Source of the DNA: Eledone cirrhosa
Lineage: Eukaryota
NCBI GenBank assembly: GCA_964016885.1
Contig: OZ024742.1
Location: forward strand, 38,378,001-38,442,000
Length of the DNA stretch: 64,000 bases
Reading direction: 5' to 3'
This document shows, in pieces, positions 38,398-52,000 of this stretch. Position 1 is the stretch's first letter, and each line of letters starts with the position of its first letter. A program made the translations under genes and the position numbers. Under the pieces are notes generated by a model. It had not been told where the DNA came from, ran no database searches, and saw only the letters and a program-made list of their open reading frames with translations.

Positions 38398-38715
38398 TAG
38401 TGGTTAGAGCATTGGCCTTGCAATCAAAAGGTTGTGAGTTCAATTCTCAGACCGGGTGATGTGTTGTTTCCTTGAGCAAGGCACTTTATTTCACATTGCT
38501 CCAGTTTACTCAGCTGTAGAAATGAGATGATAGGGACTGGGGTCCCTATCATTCCACTGTAAAGTGGTCGTGGAGGTGCCACGGCAAAAAAGCACCCAGC
38601 ACTCACTGTAAATGAGGTTGGTGTTAGGAAGGGCATCCAGCTGTAGAAATCAAGCCAGAATCAGTTCCCGTCCCACCCTTGCAAGCAGGGAAAAGTGGAC
38701 GTAAAATGAGATGAT
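38398..38715 (+). mobile_element. tRNA/CORE SINE with RTE-derived tail (family 1)
   Basis: A box TAGTGGTTAGAGC, B box GAGTTCAATTC, CORE-like CCTTGAGCAAGGCACTTT...CTCAGCTGTAGAAATGAG, RTE 3' end. Confidence 0.9.
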
Positions 38716-38974
38716 ATATATATATATATGTAGATAAATCTACCAAGAGTTTACGGTAGTGTCCAATTCTAACACATATATATCCTAGAAACGATCGTTA
38801 AATAATGAACTTTTTTTGTTTAATATAAGGAATTGTTTATTCATTATTTGTTTAATATTTTATATATATATATATATATTTTATATATATATATATATAT
38901 ATATTTTATATATATATATATATATATATTTTATATATATATATATATAAAATATATAAAATATATATATATAT

Positions 38975-39019
<45 letters not shown>

Positions 39020-39028
39020 TATATATAT

Positions 39029-40702
39029 AATGCATGGGAAGAAGAGACCCTACCCCACGTAGACCCTATAGAGGGACCAGCAGTACAAGTCAGCGGCAGC
39101 GTAGTAAGTAAGGCAATCAGAGATATGAAGATAGGGAAGGCAACCGGTCCATCGGGTATAGCTGCCGAGATGCTGAAGGCATCTGGGTCTGTAGGTCACA
39201 CTATAACCACACGTATCGTTAACCAGGTAATACTAGAGGGGGCCATACCAAAAGATTGGTGCAGTAGCATCATTGTCAACTGCTACAAAGGTAAAGGCGA
39301 TGCACTAGATAGAGGAAACTATAGAGGTATAAAGTTGATGGACCAGGTCATGAAAGTAACAGAAAGAGTTATAGCACAGCTGATTAGGGACCAGGTGAAT
39401 ATAGACGAGATGCAATTTGGGTTTGTACCAGGGAAAGGCACCACTGATGCCCTCTTCCTTGTGAGGCAATTACAGGAAAAGTACCTAGCTAAAAGTAAGC
39501 CACTCTACTTGGCATTTGTCGACCTTGAGAAAGCCTTTGACAGAGTTCCACGTGCAGTAATCTGGTGGGCTCTTAGAAAACTAGGAGTAGATGAATGGCT
39601 TGTGAAAGCGGTACAAGCCATGTATAGGGGAGCAGTCAGCAAAGTTAGGATTGGCAATGAGTATAGCGAGGAATTTAGCGTACAGGTTGGGGTCCACCAG
39701 GGCTCTGTTCTTAGCCCTCTCCTGTTCATCATAGTCCTGCAGGCAATAACGGAGGAGTTTAAGACCGGATGCCCATGGGAACTCCTGTATGCTGATGACC
39801 TCGCACTCATAGCTGAATCTATGGTAGAACTAGAGAATAAATTCCAAACCTGGAAGCAGGGACTAGAGAGAAAGGGCCTCAAAGTCAACATGACAAAGAC
39901 TAAGGTCCTTATAAGTAGACGAGAAAACAGAACCCAGATCCCCTCAGGGAAATGGCCTTGCTCAGTATGTAGGAAAGGTGTAGGTAGGAACTCCTACACA
40001 AGAGATGTAGCGGGATCTCAGGAAGCTTAATTAAGAATGTAGGATTCACATGCAGCAGCTGTGCTGAAACAGCAAGCAAACAGCCACAGGAAACAAGTAC
40101 CACCAATCTCTGGGAGGGCCCTGTAGAAACAGTAGACAGCTTCTGCTACCTAGGTGACCGAATTAGCAACGGAGGTGGGTGCTCAGAAAGTACAATAACT
40201 AGGGTAAGAACGGGATGGAAGAAGTTTAGGGAACTACTACCACTGCTAGCTGCAAAAGGCTTCTCCCTCAGAATGAAAGGCAGACTGTATGATGCGTGTA
40301 TCCGAACAGCGATGTTGCATGGTAGTGAGACCTGGGCGCTGAAGGTGGAAGGCTCCGATGGATGTGTAACAGTAATATACGTGAACGACAAAGCATAAAG
40401 GAATTGAGAGAGAGACTGAGCATAAGAGGAATCAAATGCTGCGTGCAGGAGAGGCGGTTACGCTGGTATGGACATGTGATGCGTATGAAGGATGACAGCT
40501 GCATAAAAAGGTGCAGAGCACTAGAAGTTGATGGAAACCGCGGAGTGGGGAGACCCAAGATGACTTGGGATGAGGTGATAAAAGCCGACCTTACCCAACT
40601 ACACCTCTCAAAGTCAATGACACACGACCGTGACTTCTGGCGTCACGCAGTAATACAGGGTACCCGACCTCCCATGGGTACATGCTGAAGCATATAAACA
40701 AT
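39029..40702 (+). mobile_element. RTE LINE (family C), truncated at both ends, with two internal deletions
   Basis: RT ORF 39125-40030 and C-terminus 40362-40688; deletions near 39995 and 40350; no tail. Confidence 0.92.
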
Positions 40703-41798
40703 TATTTAGTGATTTTTTACATACTTGACCTCATTTTCAACACAAGAGACATATAGAAACATATGTATATATTGACCCACAGTGGGTTGACATCCATCAT
40801 AATAATATAGCATGGCAATTTACATACAAAGATTACAGTCATATTAAAGGTAAAATTAAAATAGAAATAAAACATTGGCAGTTTATGAAGATAAAGCAAG
40901 AGGAAAGTTTAGAGTAGTCAGTGTATGGAACAGTCTCACGTGTGGCATGCACGCGTGTCTTATTTATACAGGATTATAGTGCAGCAGATTGTTACATGTA
41001 AAACAAGCAGTTAAAGCAGGCAATCAATAGCATCATGGGGGCTGTATTGTTAAAGCATTTTTCACACACACCTGTACGATATAGAAGCCCGTGTGTAGAG
41101 AAACACCAAAAATATCAAAAATATTACAAATGAGAAGCAAAACAGCACCATAAAATATATAAAATATAATATAATATAATATAATATAATATATAATTTA
41201 TTATATAATATAATATAATATTATATATAATATATATATATAATATAATATATATATATAATATATATATAATTGTTTCTACTTTAGGCACAAGACCAGC
41301 AATTACCCAGTGCATTACTGGTACTTTATTTTATATATATAATATATGTATATAATATATATAATATACAATATATATATAATATAATATATATAATATA
41401 ATATAATATAATATATAATATAATATAATATATAATATAATATATATATAATATAATATATATATAATATAATATATATAATATAATATATATAATATAA
41501 TATATATATAATATAATATATATATAATATAATATATATATAATATATATAATATATACATATATAATATATATAATATATACATATATAATATATATAA
41601 TATATACATACATTTATATTTAAGTGTGTAAGGATGTTGATATGATCTATGTCTTATTTTTTTGGTAAGGAGAACATTTTTGTCGCCAGATTTTATTACC
41701 TAGGGAGATAAAGAGCACACTTCTGGCTGAAAGCTGACCAGGTTCTCAACCTCATCAAACACTAATGCCGACCTGTCTGTCTGTCTGTCTGTCTGTCT

Positions 41799-44700
41799 CA
41801 GGATAGTAGACGTGTTTCATATGGGCTCTGCGATTTGGGATTTTTACCTGCTATTTTTGTGAGTGAATTATTTGAATTATTTTTATTATTGACTCTAACC
41901 CCTAGTCTGGGACTTTAGACGTAGGGTAATTATATTTTCACCCCTTTTGGGGTGAAAAATAATTTATTTCAAAAATGTTTATCGATATCGTTGATAACGA
42001 TATCGTCGAAAACGATATCGCCATGTTGGAACCGAACGCCACGCCTACCAAAAAAACAAGTGGGAAAGAGGAAACAACAGTTGAAACTGTTAGACAGCCC
42101 CTCCTCTCCAATGAAAAAAAAAAAAGAATATTAATTCAAATGAAAAACTTAATTTTGAAGAAAAAAAATAACACCACAAATAAGGAAACCAACAACATTA
42201 CAACAAACAAAGACAAAATTTCTTTTGCCCAAACACTCAGGAAAGCCACGGAATACAAACCCATAGACATCACGAACGCTAAGGAAAATTTGCTAGAGGC
42301 TAGAAAATACGTATCTTTTGGGGAGGATGGTTCTTTTACGATCAACTCCCCAGAAGAAGTGCGTCAACAGGTTTATAAGAATACCGTAACCTACAGAACC
42401 ATAACCAACGAAACAAGAAAGCCAGCTCAATTGACCGAAAGTCAAATTGAGCTGGTTCTGAAAGAAATTAAAAACGACATACTCTTTATTCAAAGAGGAA
42501 AGCTGTATGCCAGCATTATGGTCCGAATGAAGGACGAAATGCTGGCGCAAAAATATTCGGTGGCACCTATAGTGTCACCACAATACACCTTCTTCCCCAC
42601 ATATAAAGGAAGAAGAACACAAAGAATAAGAATATGGAGCCCAACGCCAGAAATTAACATCTGGTCCGTCCTAACAGGATTTACCGACCTAGAAAAGGAT
42701 ATACTTATTTCAGCAGGGGAGTCCACCAGTGGACTGTTCGGGGGGAAAAGTCTGGAGGTTCTCTTACAGATGACACCTGAGAGAATCTCCGGAATACCCG
42801 ACCGAGTGCTACTGGATGAGCGAACCTTCATAAATATCACAGTGGAAGGCAGGAGACCCTCATGTTACCACTGCGCTGGCAGAGGTCACCTGAGGACGGC
42901 CTGCCCTCTACTAACAACAAAAAGACCACTGCTACAAACACCACAACAACAACAAAAACAACCAGCACCACCATCACAAAAACAACAAAATACACTACCA
43001 TCACCACCAGAACGACAACAAAAACCAACAACACCACCACCACAACAACAACATCAACAACAGCTCAAGAAAACAACCCAAAACACGGTCCCACCCAGCC
43101 CCACCCAACACAAATACAAAAACACACGCAGTTCATACACAACCCGGAGATATACCCCTCCCCTCCAATACGGAAGAGGAGCTCATATCGTCGGAAGATG
43201 AGGGGGCTCCCTTCCAAAAAGTGAAAAGAAAAAAACGTACACACACCACACAAACAAAAATAACCCCACCTGACAACACAACACAGACAATAAAACGCAA
43301 ACTCACTCAACAACAACAAGCAAAAACAAACACAACAACCCAAAAACTCTACACATACATAAACAATAAAAATCTAACTGAAAAAAATAGAAAACAACCC
43401 TTCGATACAAACCGAAGGGCCGAATTTCGTAACAGCAATGGGACTCCCTAAACTGAAAATGGTGAAAATCCCACTTGACATTTTCAAAACTTTGAAAGAC
43501 ATTTACCCTGAGGACGTGGGCCCACCCTGCACCAGGCCACTCAACCGCGTCCTCCTGAAAGGTTTTCCCCTCCCCTCCTCAAACACCCACACAACTCCAA
43601 AGATCCCAACCCCTCCACACACTAATACCCCCACACCACCACAAACCACCACCCCACCAGCCCCATGGAAACTGAGTGGCCCGAACCCCGGGACGCAGAG
43701 AGGTAAGTGCCTCTTTCTTTGCCACCAACATGGCTGTCTTAAGAGTAGGTTGTCTAAATGCGCGTGGCCTGGACTCACCTTGGAAGCAAGCTAAACTTCT
43801 AAGTGACCTCAGGTCACAATGTATAAATGTGATGGTTATTTGCGAGGCCCGGATCAGCAGCATGCGACAGCTAGCCCCCACCTTTGATGACTTTGAGATG
43901 CACGCATCTCTCTGTCAGCCCGGAGGTGGGGGTGGGGTTGTCGTTCTGCTGCAAAAACATCTGGGTCTCGCTACACAGACGGTCCACTTGGACCCGGAGG
44001 GTCGACTCGTGGTTCTGGACCTTGGCAATGGTGAAGGCGAAGCTTTTAGGCTTGTCGCCGTATACGCCCCTTTTGGGGCAATGCGGTCGGACTTCTTCCA
44101 TCGTCTGGAGACTTTTCTAGGGACATCCCGCTCCTTGCTTTTAGTGGGGGACTAGAATGGTATCCTAGATGCACGTTGGGACTATGTAGGGGCATGTCCC
44201 GATAGAGGGGGGTGTAACAGCCTTAAGGGGTTAATCGGTCGATTTGACCTGGCCGATAGATACCGACTAGATTTTCCGACTGTACCAACCTGAACCTGGT
44301 CAAATAACAGTGGTCAATCTAGATCGTACCGAGATAGGTTCTTAGTTAGAATTAAGGATAGGGACTTTTTAAGTTGTCCAGAAATGCTCATGGTGGGCTA
44401 TTCAGACCACAAGTTAGTGACCTGCGTAGTCCACCTTGATAGAACGCATAGGCAGGGGCCCAGTTACTGGATGCTCAACTTGTCCTTACCAGCAAGTAGA
44501 GCTTACAGGGACCGGATTAGAACCTTAGTTAAGGAGCGGTTGACGGGCGCCATCGTCAACAACAGGTGGTGGGGCTCTCTAAAAAGAGAGATTAGAGTAG
44601 TTTCAATAGGAGTTAGTAAGGAGTTAGCCTCAGATAGAAATAGGAAGGAAAGGGAGTTGGTAGTTAATGTTGAAGAGGCAATGAGAAGCGGCAACGTGGC

Positions 44701-45768
44701 CAGAGTGCAAGCGTTGAGAACGGTCTTGAACCAGTTCTTCGACGCGAAACACGAAGGCTGCGTTGTCCGAAGCAAAATACGTGCTCTGGGAAACGAGGGA
44801 ACCAAAGCTGTTAGCTGGGCCCGCGTGACAGAAGCGAAAAGTGGGATTAAATCCACTATCCGGTCTTTGCGAGACCAGGATGGACGGGTGATCCTTGAAC
44901 CTAAGCAAATGTGCGAGGCCTTTCAAAGGCACTTTGCCCAATTGTTCGGGAGGGGCGGGGAGCCGGTTGAAGATGTGGATTTCGGTCCATACCTCGACGG
45001 CCTGCCGCGTCTTTCGGACAGGGAGGCGAGGTCCTGCGACGGGCCGATCTCAGCTGCTGAAATAGGGGACGTGCTGAGCCTATGCGGCAAACGCAAATCT
45101 CCAGGACTCGATGGTCTGCCCTACAAACTATATATTAATATGCCGGACTTGTTCCCCGATCTCCTCGAGGCGGTCTACTGCAACTGGCAACAGAACGGGA
45201 GAATTCCCTGTTCTGTGACCAAGGGCGTAGTCTCGCTAGTGAGGAAGGACGAGAACAAGGGGGATGACATTAGTAATTTTAGGCCCATAACTCTGCTAAA
45301 TGCAGAGTTAAAGATTTTGGCGAAGGTGTTAGCGAAGAGGTTGGCGCTTGTCGTGGGGGGGCCTGGTGGGAGATGCGCAGACATGCGCTATCCCGTCCAG
45401 GTCCATCCACGACAACCTCCACCTCATGGTATCGGAAGAAGGATCAGGATGGAGAGAGAGAGGTGCTCCACTCCAGCCAGTTTTATGAAAGGTGGGTGAA
45501 AGTTGCGAGAATGGCCCGTGTGAATGGGCCTTCTCTCTACCTCAGCCTGTAGGTGGAACAGAAAGAAGGGAGCACCCTCTCTTTATGCTCCCGTGGAGAA
45601 GGGTCGCACACTTTTTTTTCGGGGGTGTGTGTGACCCCAAAACGATCCCTCCCTATTGAGGACCTTGTTATTATTTTGTTTGTTATATTTTTCTTACTCG
45701 ATTTTTATGTAAACTCCCCCCACCCATGTACATGTCCCTTTCTTTTGTGCCCTAGTGGCAAATAAACA
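41799..45768 (+). mobile_element. Tx1/L1-clade LINE with internal deletion of most of the RT
   Basis: ORF1 from 41975 with CCHC knuckle CYHCAGRGHLRTAC. ORF2 from 43730: GCLNARGL, DPEGR, VYAP, GD, SDHK, YWMLN, KSPGLDGL, FRPITLLNAELKILAKVLA, then a jump to the C-terminus near 45430. AATAAA at 45761. Flanked by (GTCT)n on both sides. Confidence 0.88.
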
Positions 45769-46251
45769 GTCTGTCTGTCTGTCTGTCTGTGCGCGTTCAC
45801 CACCATTGCTTCTTCTTGTCATTTCTGTTGAAGGAGTCCTTACTTTGATTTCTTTTGATTTTCTTTTATCCCCCTAGGGAATTCGTTGACAAGCTTCTTT
45901 TATTTATTTTCTTAGTTTTTTTAATTCAAATCACTGACTGTCTTAGAGACGTACAAATATGACTTATCAAACTTACCAAACTAAAGGGGCTTCTAGCGCC
46001 CTCAAAGTTTCAAAGTTTGGAATCCGCGCCGGGAGGACAAATAAGAACCAGAAGATCAACTCTGGTGTTTAATATTACTATAACACTGCGGTTGCTTCTC
46101 AGGTTTCGAAGTTAAAGCTAACCTTTAAAATTAAATATCAAATCATCATTGTTTAACGTCCATATTCCACGCTTGCATGGGTTTGGACGGGAATATATCT
46201 ACATGCCTGGTTGAGGACGTAACAATTGCCCTAGTGTTAATGCCGCACTGG

Positions 46252-47617
46252 AATAATAATAATGATAATAATGAAAATATTGTGTACAGTGCTCAGGTGC
46301 ACTACAACTCATCAAAAGTGTATGTATAGTACATAGGGTAATGTACAAACGTCAGGAAAGTGAACAGTGCATGAGTCATGATATACACATGTGTGCATGT
46401 GTATGGAAGGGGGACATCAGGTGTAGTTTTGGCGAATTTCGGGAAGCATGAGGGTTTTAAAGGATGCAGTGACTCGACAGCTAACAACTGACGCAGGTAG
46501 TTTGTTCCATGCTTCAGCAACTCTGAGCGTGAACAAATGTTTCCGAAAGTCATGGGAGCTCTGCTGTTTTGACTTTGTAGGCATGTCCACGTGTGTTAGA
46601 CACATGGAGATCAAAAAGGTGCTCAGGGTTGCAATTGGCAAGATGGTTAATAACTTTGTGGGTGTTTACCAAGTCCATTGCCAGACGTCAGAGCTTCAAT
46701 GAATCCATGCCCAGAGAAGCAAGGCGTTCAGAGTATGGTAGGTGTCTGATGGAGGGTATGCGCGTCTCTGAACAGTTTCCAGGAGGTCAATGTTCTGAGC
46801 AAGAAAGGGGTTCCAGACTGATGATGCGAATTCCAAGTGTGGTCGTACCATAACTGTATACAACTTTAAATAGATGGCTGGAGAGCGGTTAACAAAGGTC
46901 TTGCTGAGTGATGCCAAGTCACCCTCGGCCTTCTTGGCAATTTTAGAGATGTGCTTTGTCCAACGCAAATTGCTGCTGCTGACTAATGCCCAGATCACGT
47001 TCACAAGAGGACTTCTTGATATCAGTGTTGTGGAGGGAGTATGTGGACACTGGATTTTTCCTCCCAAAATGCATGGTGGTACACTTGTCCACAGCCAGCT
47101 TCAGTTGCCAGTCTGTGATCCATTGCTGCATTGTGTCCAGGTCTGATTGTAGGAAAGAGTTGTAGATTTCAGGATCAGTCCTTTTGATTTCAAGGTACAA
47201 CTTGATGTCATCTGCATATTTCAGTACTGTGGCATTCTTTAAGTTGGCATCTATGTCATTAATGTATGCAACAAACAAAAGGGGACCAAGAACAGATCCC
47301 TGTGGTACACCAGATGACATCTCATATGGTGAAATGCTGTCCTACAACCGTGATTACCTCTTTTCGGCTGAGAATGAATGATTTCAACCAGTTAAAAAGA
47401 TCATCCTTCACACCCATTACAGAGAGTTTCGCCATAAGTCTTTTGTGTGGCACAGAATTAAAAGCCTTAGCAAAGTCGAGGTAAACAACATCCACCCATG
47501 AGCTGCTGTCAGTGATCTGGGTAATGTCTTCAAGGAACTCAATAAGCTGATCACAGCAGCTGGAGTTAGGGATAAATCCAAATTGGAAGGGACGGATGAG
47601 GCTGTGAGAGCTCCAGA
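46252..47617 (-). mobile_element. 5'-truncated CR1-type LINE
   Basis: Same family as 15296-20383 (GVPQGSVLGPLLF, YADD), with ATT tail. Confidence 0.93.
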
Positions 47618-48570
47618 TGCATGCAGTTCACCCTACAAACAATAGTGTTGTTGCTATGATAAAATACACCCACCCACACTGTAAAGTAGTGCTGTGTCAC
47701 AATAAAATGCTTCCAGTCCACCCTGTAAAGTGGTAGTGTTTGTATTATGATAAATGTTCCCAGTACATGCTGTAAAGTGGTCAACACTAACAAGAGCATT
47801 TAACCATAAAAACCATTCTAAAGTGAAATATCAAGTCTCAGAACGTGACAACCTGTCTAACCCATGCCAGCATGGAAAGCAGATGTAAAATTGGTGATGA
47901 TGAAATGAGGGTAAAAAATACAGATAAAAAATGTTTTGTATTAAATAAGGAAGTAGGGAAATAATTGTTTCTGATATTTGGAAAAAAATTGCTTTTTAAA
48001 AATTCTCATACAATATTATCCAATTTAAAATAATTACATTAATATACAAGAAATTTTTTTAAAAAATGAAATGTTAAAATTTTTGTTAGTTGGAATTATA
48101 CAATAGCAATGAAAAGAATGCTCAACATCTCTACAAGTTTTGATACTGCACAGTTTGATATGACAATGGAATTTTTCTTTGCATTGCTAAATTACAAAAA
48201 TTAATATCTTGCCAAGAACAAATTTAGAAGAAATAAAATCTTTTGTGAATAAATGAGCTATTAAGTTGTAGATAAATTCCTCTGTAATTGAAATATGCTT
48301 AGTGATTTGTTTCTCTTTTTCTTGGAGAAGACTACACTTCTCTAGCCCATTGGAGGACTTTAACCCAGCACCAAAAACTAACAAAACATCAGTTAATTAT
48401 TAAATAATTTTGTTTCTATACAGTGGTGAGTTATGATACCAACTTAGTGTTAGGTGAAGCAAGCCATCGAGAGCTGTGGGTTTGACTATTTTGCAGTAAC
48501 AGGATGTGACCCTGCACACCTTCATTTGATAGATCAATATATTTACTCAAGTAGTAGCAGTTCCTTTGTC

Positions 48571-49078
48571 TCATGAGATTCTATATTTCATTTGGCTTTG
48601 TGATTGAACAGCTTGCATAACTTTCACTTCAAGAAAAACAGTTCTATTCTTTATATAATGTGAACTGAAGAAATCCTCAGCTTTCATGAATTTATGACAG
48701 ACCTGATTTGGAGAGAAACCAGAACAATTCTCATTATACCGTTGTAATTCTGGACATTCTATGAACATGTGGTAGTTCTTTTGACAGTTGGATGCCTTCT
48801 GATCAAAAATAGTGACAAAACATGCTCCAGAGAATGGAAACACCAATACATCATCATATATGCCTTCCTTCAAAGATAAGGAGAAAGTGGTGTACAGAAT
48901 GGAATCTTGATAACCAGAAATATCCAGCTGTGCTTCTATTCTGTAACCAGGATTTGCTGTATAGAATGACGGACTGATGAAAATACACCCATTTGAAGTT
49001 AGATCTATTTGCCATAAAAGACAGCCAGAATATTTCTCTTTAAAGATGTTTTGAACAGCATCCTTCATACTAATAGTT
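48571..49078 (-). CDS. TRAF6-like terminal exon (MATH domain)
   Basis: TTTCAG acceptor, phase 2; MATH motifs; TGA stop. Confidence 0.9.
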
Positions 49079-52000
49079 CTGAAATGAAATAATGAAAAGA
49101 TTTTGGTTAAAAAAAAAAGAAATAGAAAGTATATATAGACCCTTTCAGTTACATCAAAACACTCACAGCATCACTGCAGGTGATAGACTATGGCTCTGAA
49201 TAGCAAATACCCTCATGAGCATCATCTGATACTTCAGTAACCTAAGTCACAGGGTCAGCACTGCCATTAGGCCAACTAGACAACTGCCTAAAGCACAAAC
49301 CTCAAAGAGGTGCATTACTGAATCTTAAAGGAACAGTTTTGTTTAATTAATATATAATAATTTCTTGTGATCAATAAATAAATCACTAACATCTTTGGAT
49401 ATATTCATAATACTGCTACTCACCAAATCAGCAGAGATGGTCATACAATGTTATGACCTATCACATGATTTTATGTAGGTAAGTGTGGACTGTGTAGTTA
49501 AAAATTCAGGTTTAGTGAATTTCTTAGTGCAGTCAAAGCAAGAAGTATCAAAAACTAGGTTTGTTAGCTTGACAAACTAAGTTGAAATTATTTTATTTGG
49601 GAGACAGGCATATAACAGGGAGGAAGGAGTGCTAAATACCCAGTTTCCAGGTCTGCTTAAGACAAAAATCTTATTGCCCTGAATATCTCAAATGCCATAG
49701 GCTGAAAAATGTAGCTTGCCAATTATTTTGCAAAATATTTATCATCATAATCCCACCCTTGCAAGCAGGGAAAAGCAGACGTAAAATGATGATGATGATG
49801 ATGATAATTCCTTTTGCCTGCTAGAAAGAATTCGATGGGTCATCACAGACCAAGTCAGTACTTAATCAGAGCCTCTGATCTCTCAGATGCACCAGGTGTT
49901 GTATCTTGCTTATGCATATTCCAGCACTACCTAGTTTACTATGCATTTCATAGAAATAGCAGTTATCAAGTCTAACACAATTGCAGCATTCTCTCAACCC
50001 TTTTTTTGGCATAGTTTCTACAGCTGGATGCCTTTCCTACAACCATTTTCTTTCCCACCAAGCACCCAGTATTAGGGCTGAAAAAAAAAAAAAAGAAAGA
50101 AAGGTGCTTTTCTTACCGTTGGAGTTGTTCAACCTTTTTGTTGATGTTTGAGGACAAGTTTACATTCGAGTCAAAGCCTTGTTCAATATTTACAATTCTT
50201 TTTTCAAGATTTCTCAGAGATTTTATCAGTAAAGTATTATGATATTCAATAGCATGCGAGATGTGGTAAGGCATGTTTTTACGGTAGTCCTAGAAGAATT
50301 TAAAATTATATTGACAGAAAACGAAATGTGTGTGTATGTGTGTGTGCGTATAAGAGGGATAAGTTGTGGTGTGCGAGAGAGAAGGCTGAGATGGTATGGA
50401 CATGTGATGCGCATGGAGGATGACTGCTGGGTAAAGAAGTGCCAAGAAATCCCAGTAGAAGGAAGACGCGGTAGAGGAAAACCACAAAAAACATGGGCGG
50501 CGGTGGTGAGAGCAGACCTCAGATCGCTGAAGCTCATGGAGGAGATGACAAAGGACCGTGACAAGTGGAGAGATGCTGTGCTGAATAGGACCTATCCCAC
50601 CCTTGCAAGCAGGGAAAAGCGGACGTAAAATGATGATGATGGTACACACATTTTGAATTTAAATTATTAGCTTAAATGTTTTTGGCTATGAAAAATAAGT
50701 CTAAAATGTGGGGGTACATATATATATATATGGCAAAGTTGAACTCAGTCTGATTATGTAGATAACCAGAACAAATACCACAAAGCATAATATCCAGCGA
50801 ATTCACTCCCTTGTCTAACACACTATACTGACTAAATCAATAAGATGCTATCTTACCAACTAATAGGTCAACAGTTTAGGCATAGGTATTTAGCTATATA
50901 TGTAATCAGGGACAAGATATATCGTGCTGATTGTTTACACTGACTAGACTGATTGAAAGGAGTTGGAACAGGGAAAACAGTAGGAATACTGCAATAGTGA
51001 TGAGTTTCTTGACTTTGTAGTGCTAAGTTCAAATCTTCCCATAGCCCAAGAGAAGATAACTAGAATGTCATTTCAACGTATTTTCACTTAAATTACTTAA
51101 TGAATAAAAAGTTGTCAATAGTGTCCAACTACTTAATAGTTACAGTAAAATGGATATTAACATATTTGATGTAGTAAGTCAAAACATCTATATATATATA
51201 AAACAGAGGATGTCTGTCTGTAAATCCCTAAAACACGAGAAGTACCTGCCCGATTTTTTCAAACTTTACACATGCGTTACTTTTATTTCTTGAAGTGCAA
51301 TGGGCTAATTTTAAACTTTTTCTTCCCTAGGGCCCGCATTAGGCGAAAAACCGCATTTTAAAGGCATTTTTAGGCTTTTTTGAGGCGTAACTTAAAGATA
51401 ATCCAGCCGATTTCCTCGAAATTTGCAGCACTCATTAGTTAGTCCCCTCGCATTGATGTGGACAAAAAAAATTTCCAATTTCATTAATGGTTTCTAGGAA
51501 ATTTATGAATTAGCATTGGGTATTACATGCCATTTTCATTTTCAATATAAACCCTACTTAAATATCGTAAGTAGCGTACAATATCTCCTTAAAAATTTGA
51601 TTTATTTAACAAGACGACACAACACTCACTTTTAAGCAGGATCATTTCTAGGGGATTGAGGAAATGAGGACCTTAAAATTTTTGTCTGCGCCCTGTTGAC
51701 GCTTCATGCTTTCATCACGAGCAAATCCGGGCCCTGTGTACATTGCCGTGTTATTGACACCATAAAACTCACGTCTGTGCTACTTCTACTAAGACCCCTT
51801 TTGTTGCACCTACACCGCAAATACGCCAAACAGCAGTTGTGCTAATTCCGTGGTGACCCCCACTTGAAATTGTTGATGGTGACCCCAATAGTAACTCTGA
51901 AGCGTTCGTCATCCGATATAACAGTTCGGTCTATATCAGATTGGGTAGATTTACGAAGAGGCTATGGTCTCCTGTGGGGAAGGCCCAACATGCTGTGCGG

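Noticed and set aside
38398-38460. tRNA-like sequences (also 56204, 27459, 13409)
   Set aside because: A/B boxes are SINE heads continuing into SINE bodies; no complete cloverleaf
43701-43708. AG|GTAAGT donor-like site before Tx1 ORF2
   Set aside because: The TAA is more simply the ORF1 stop (...EPRDAER-stop); no matching acceptor was identified
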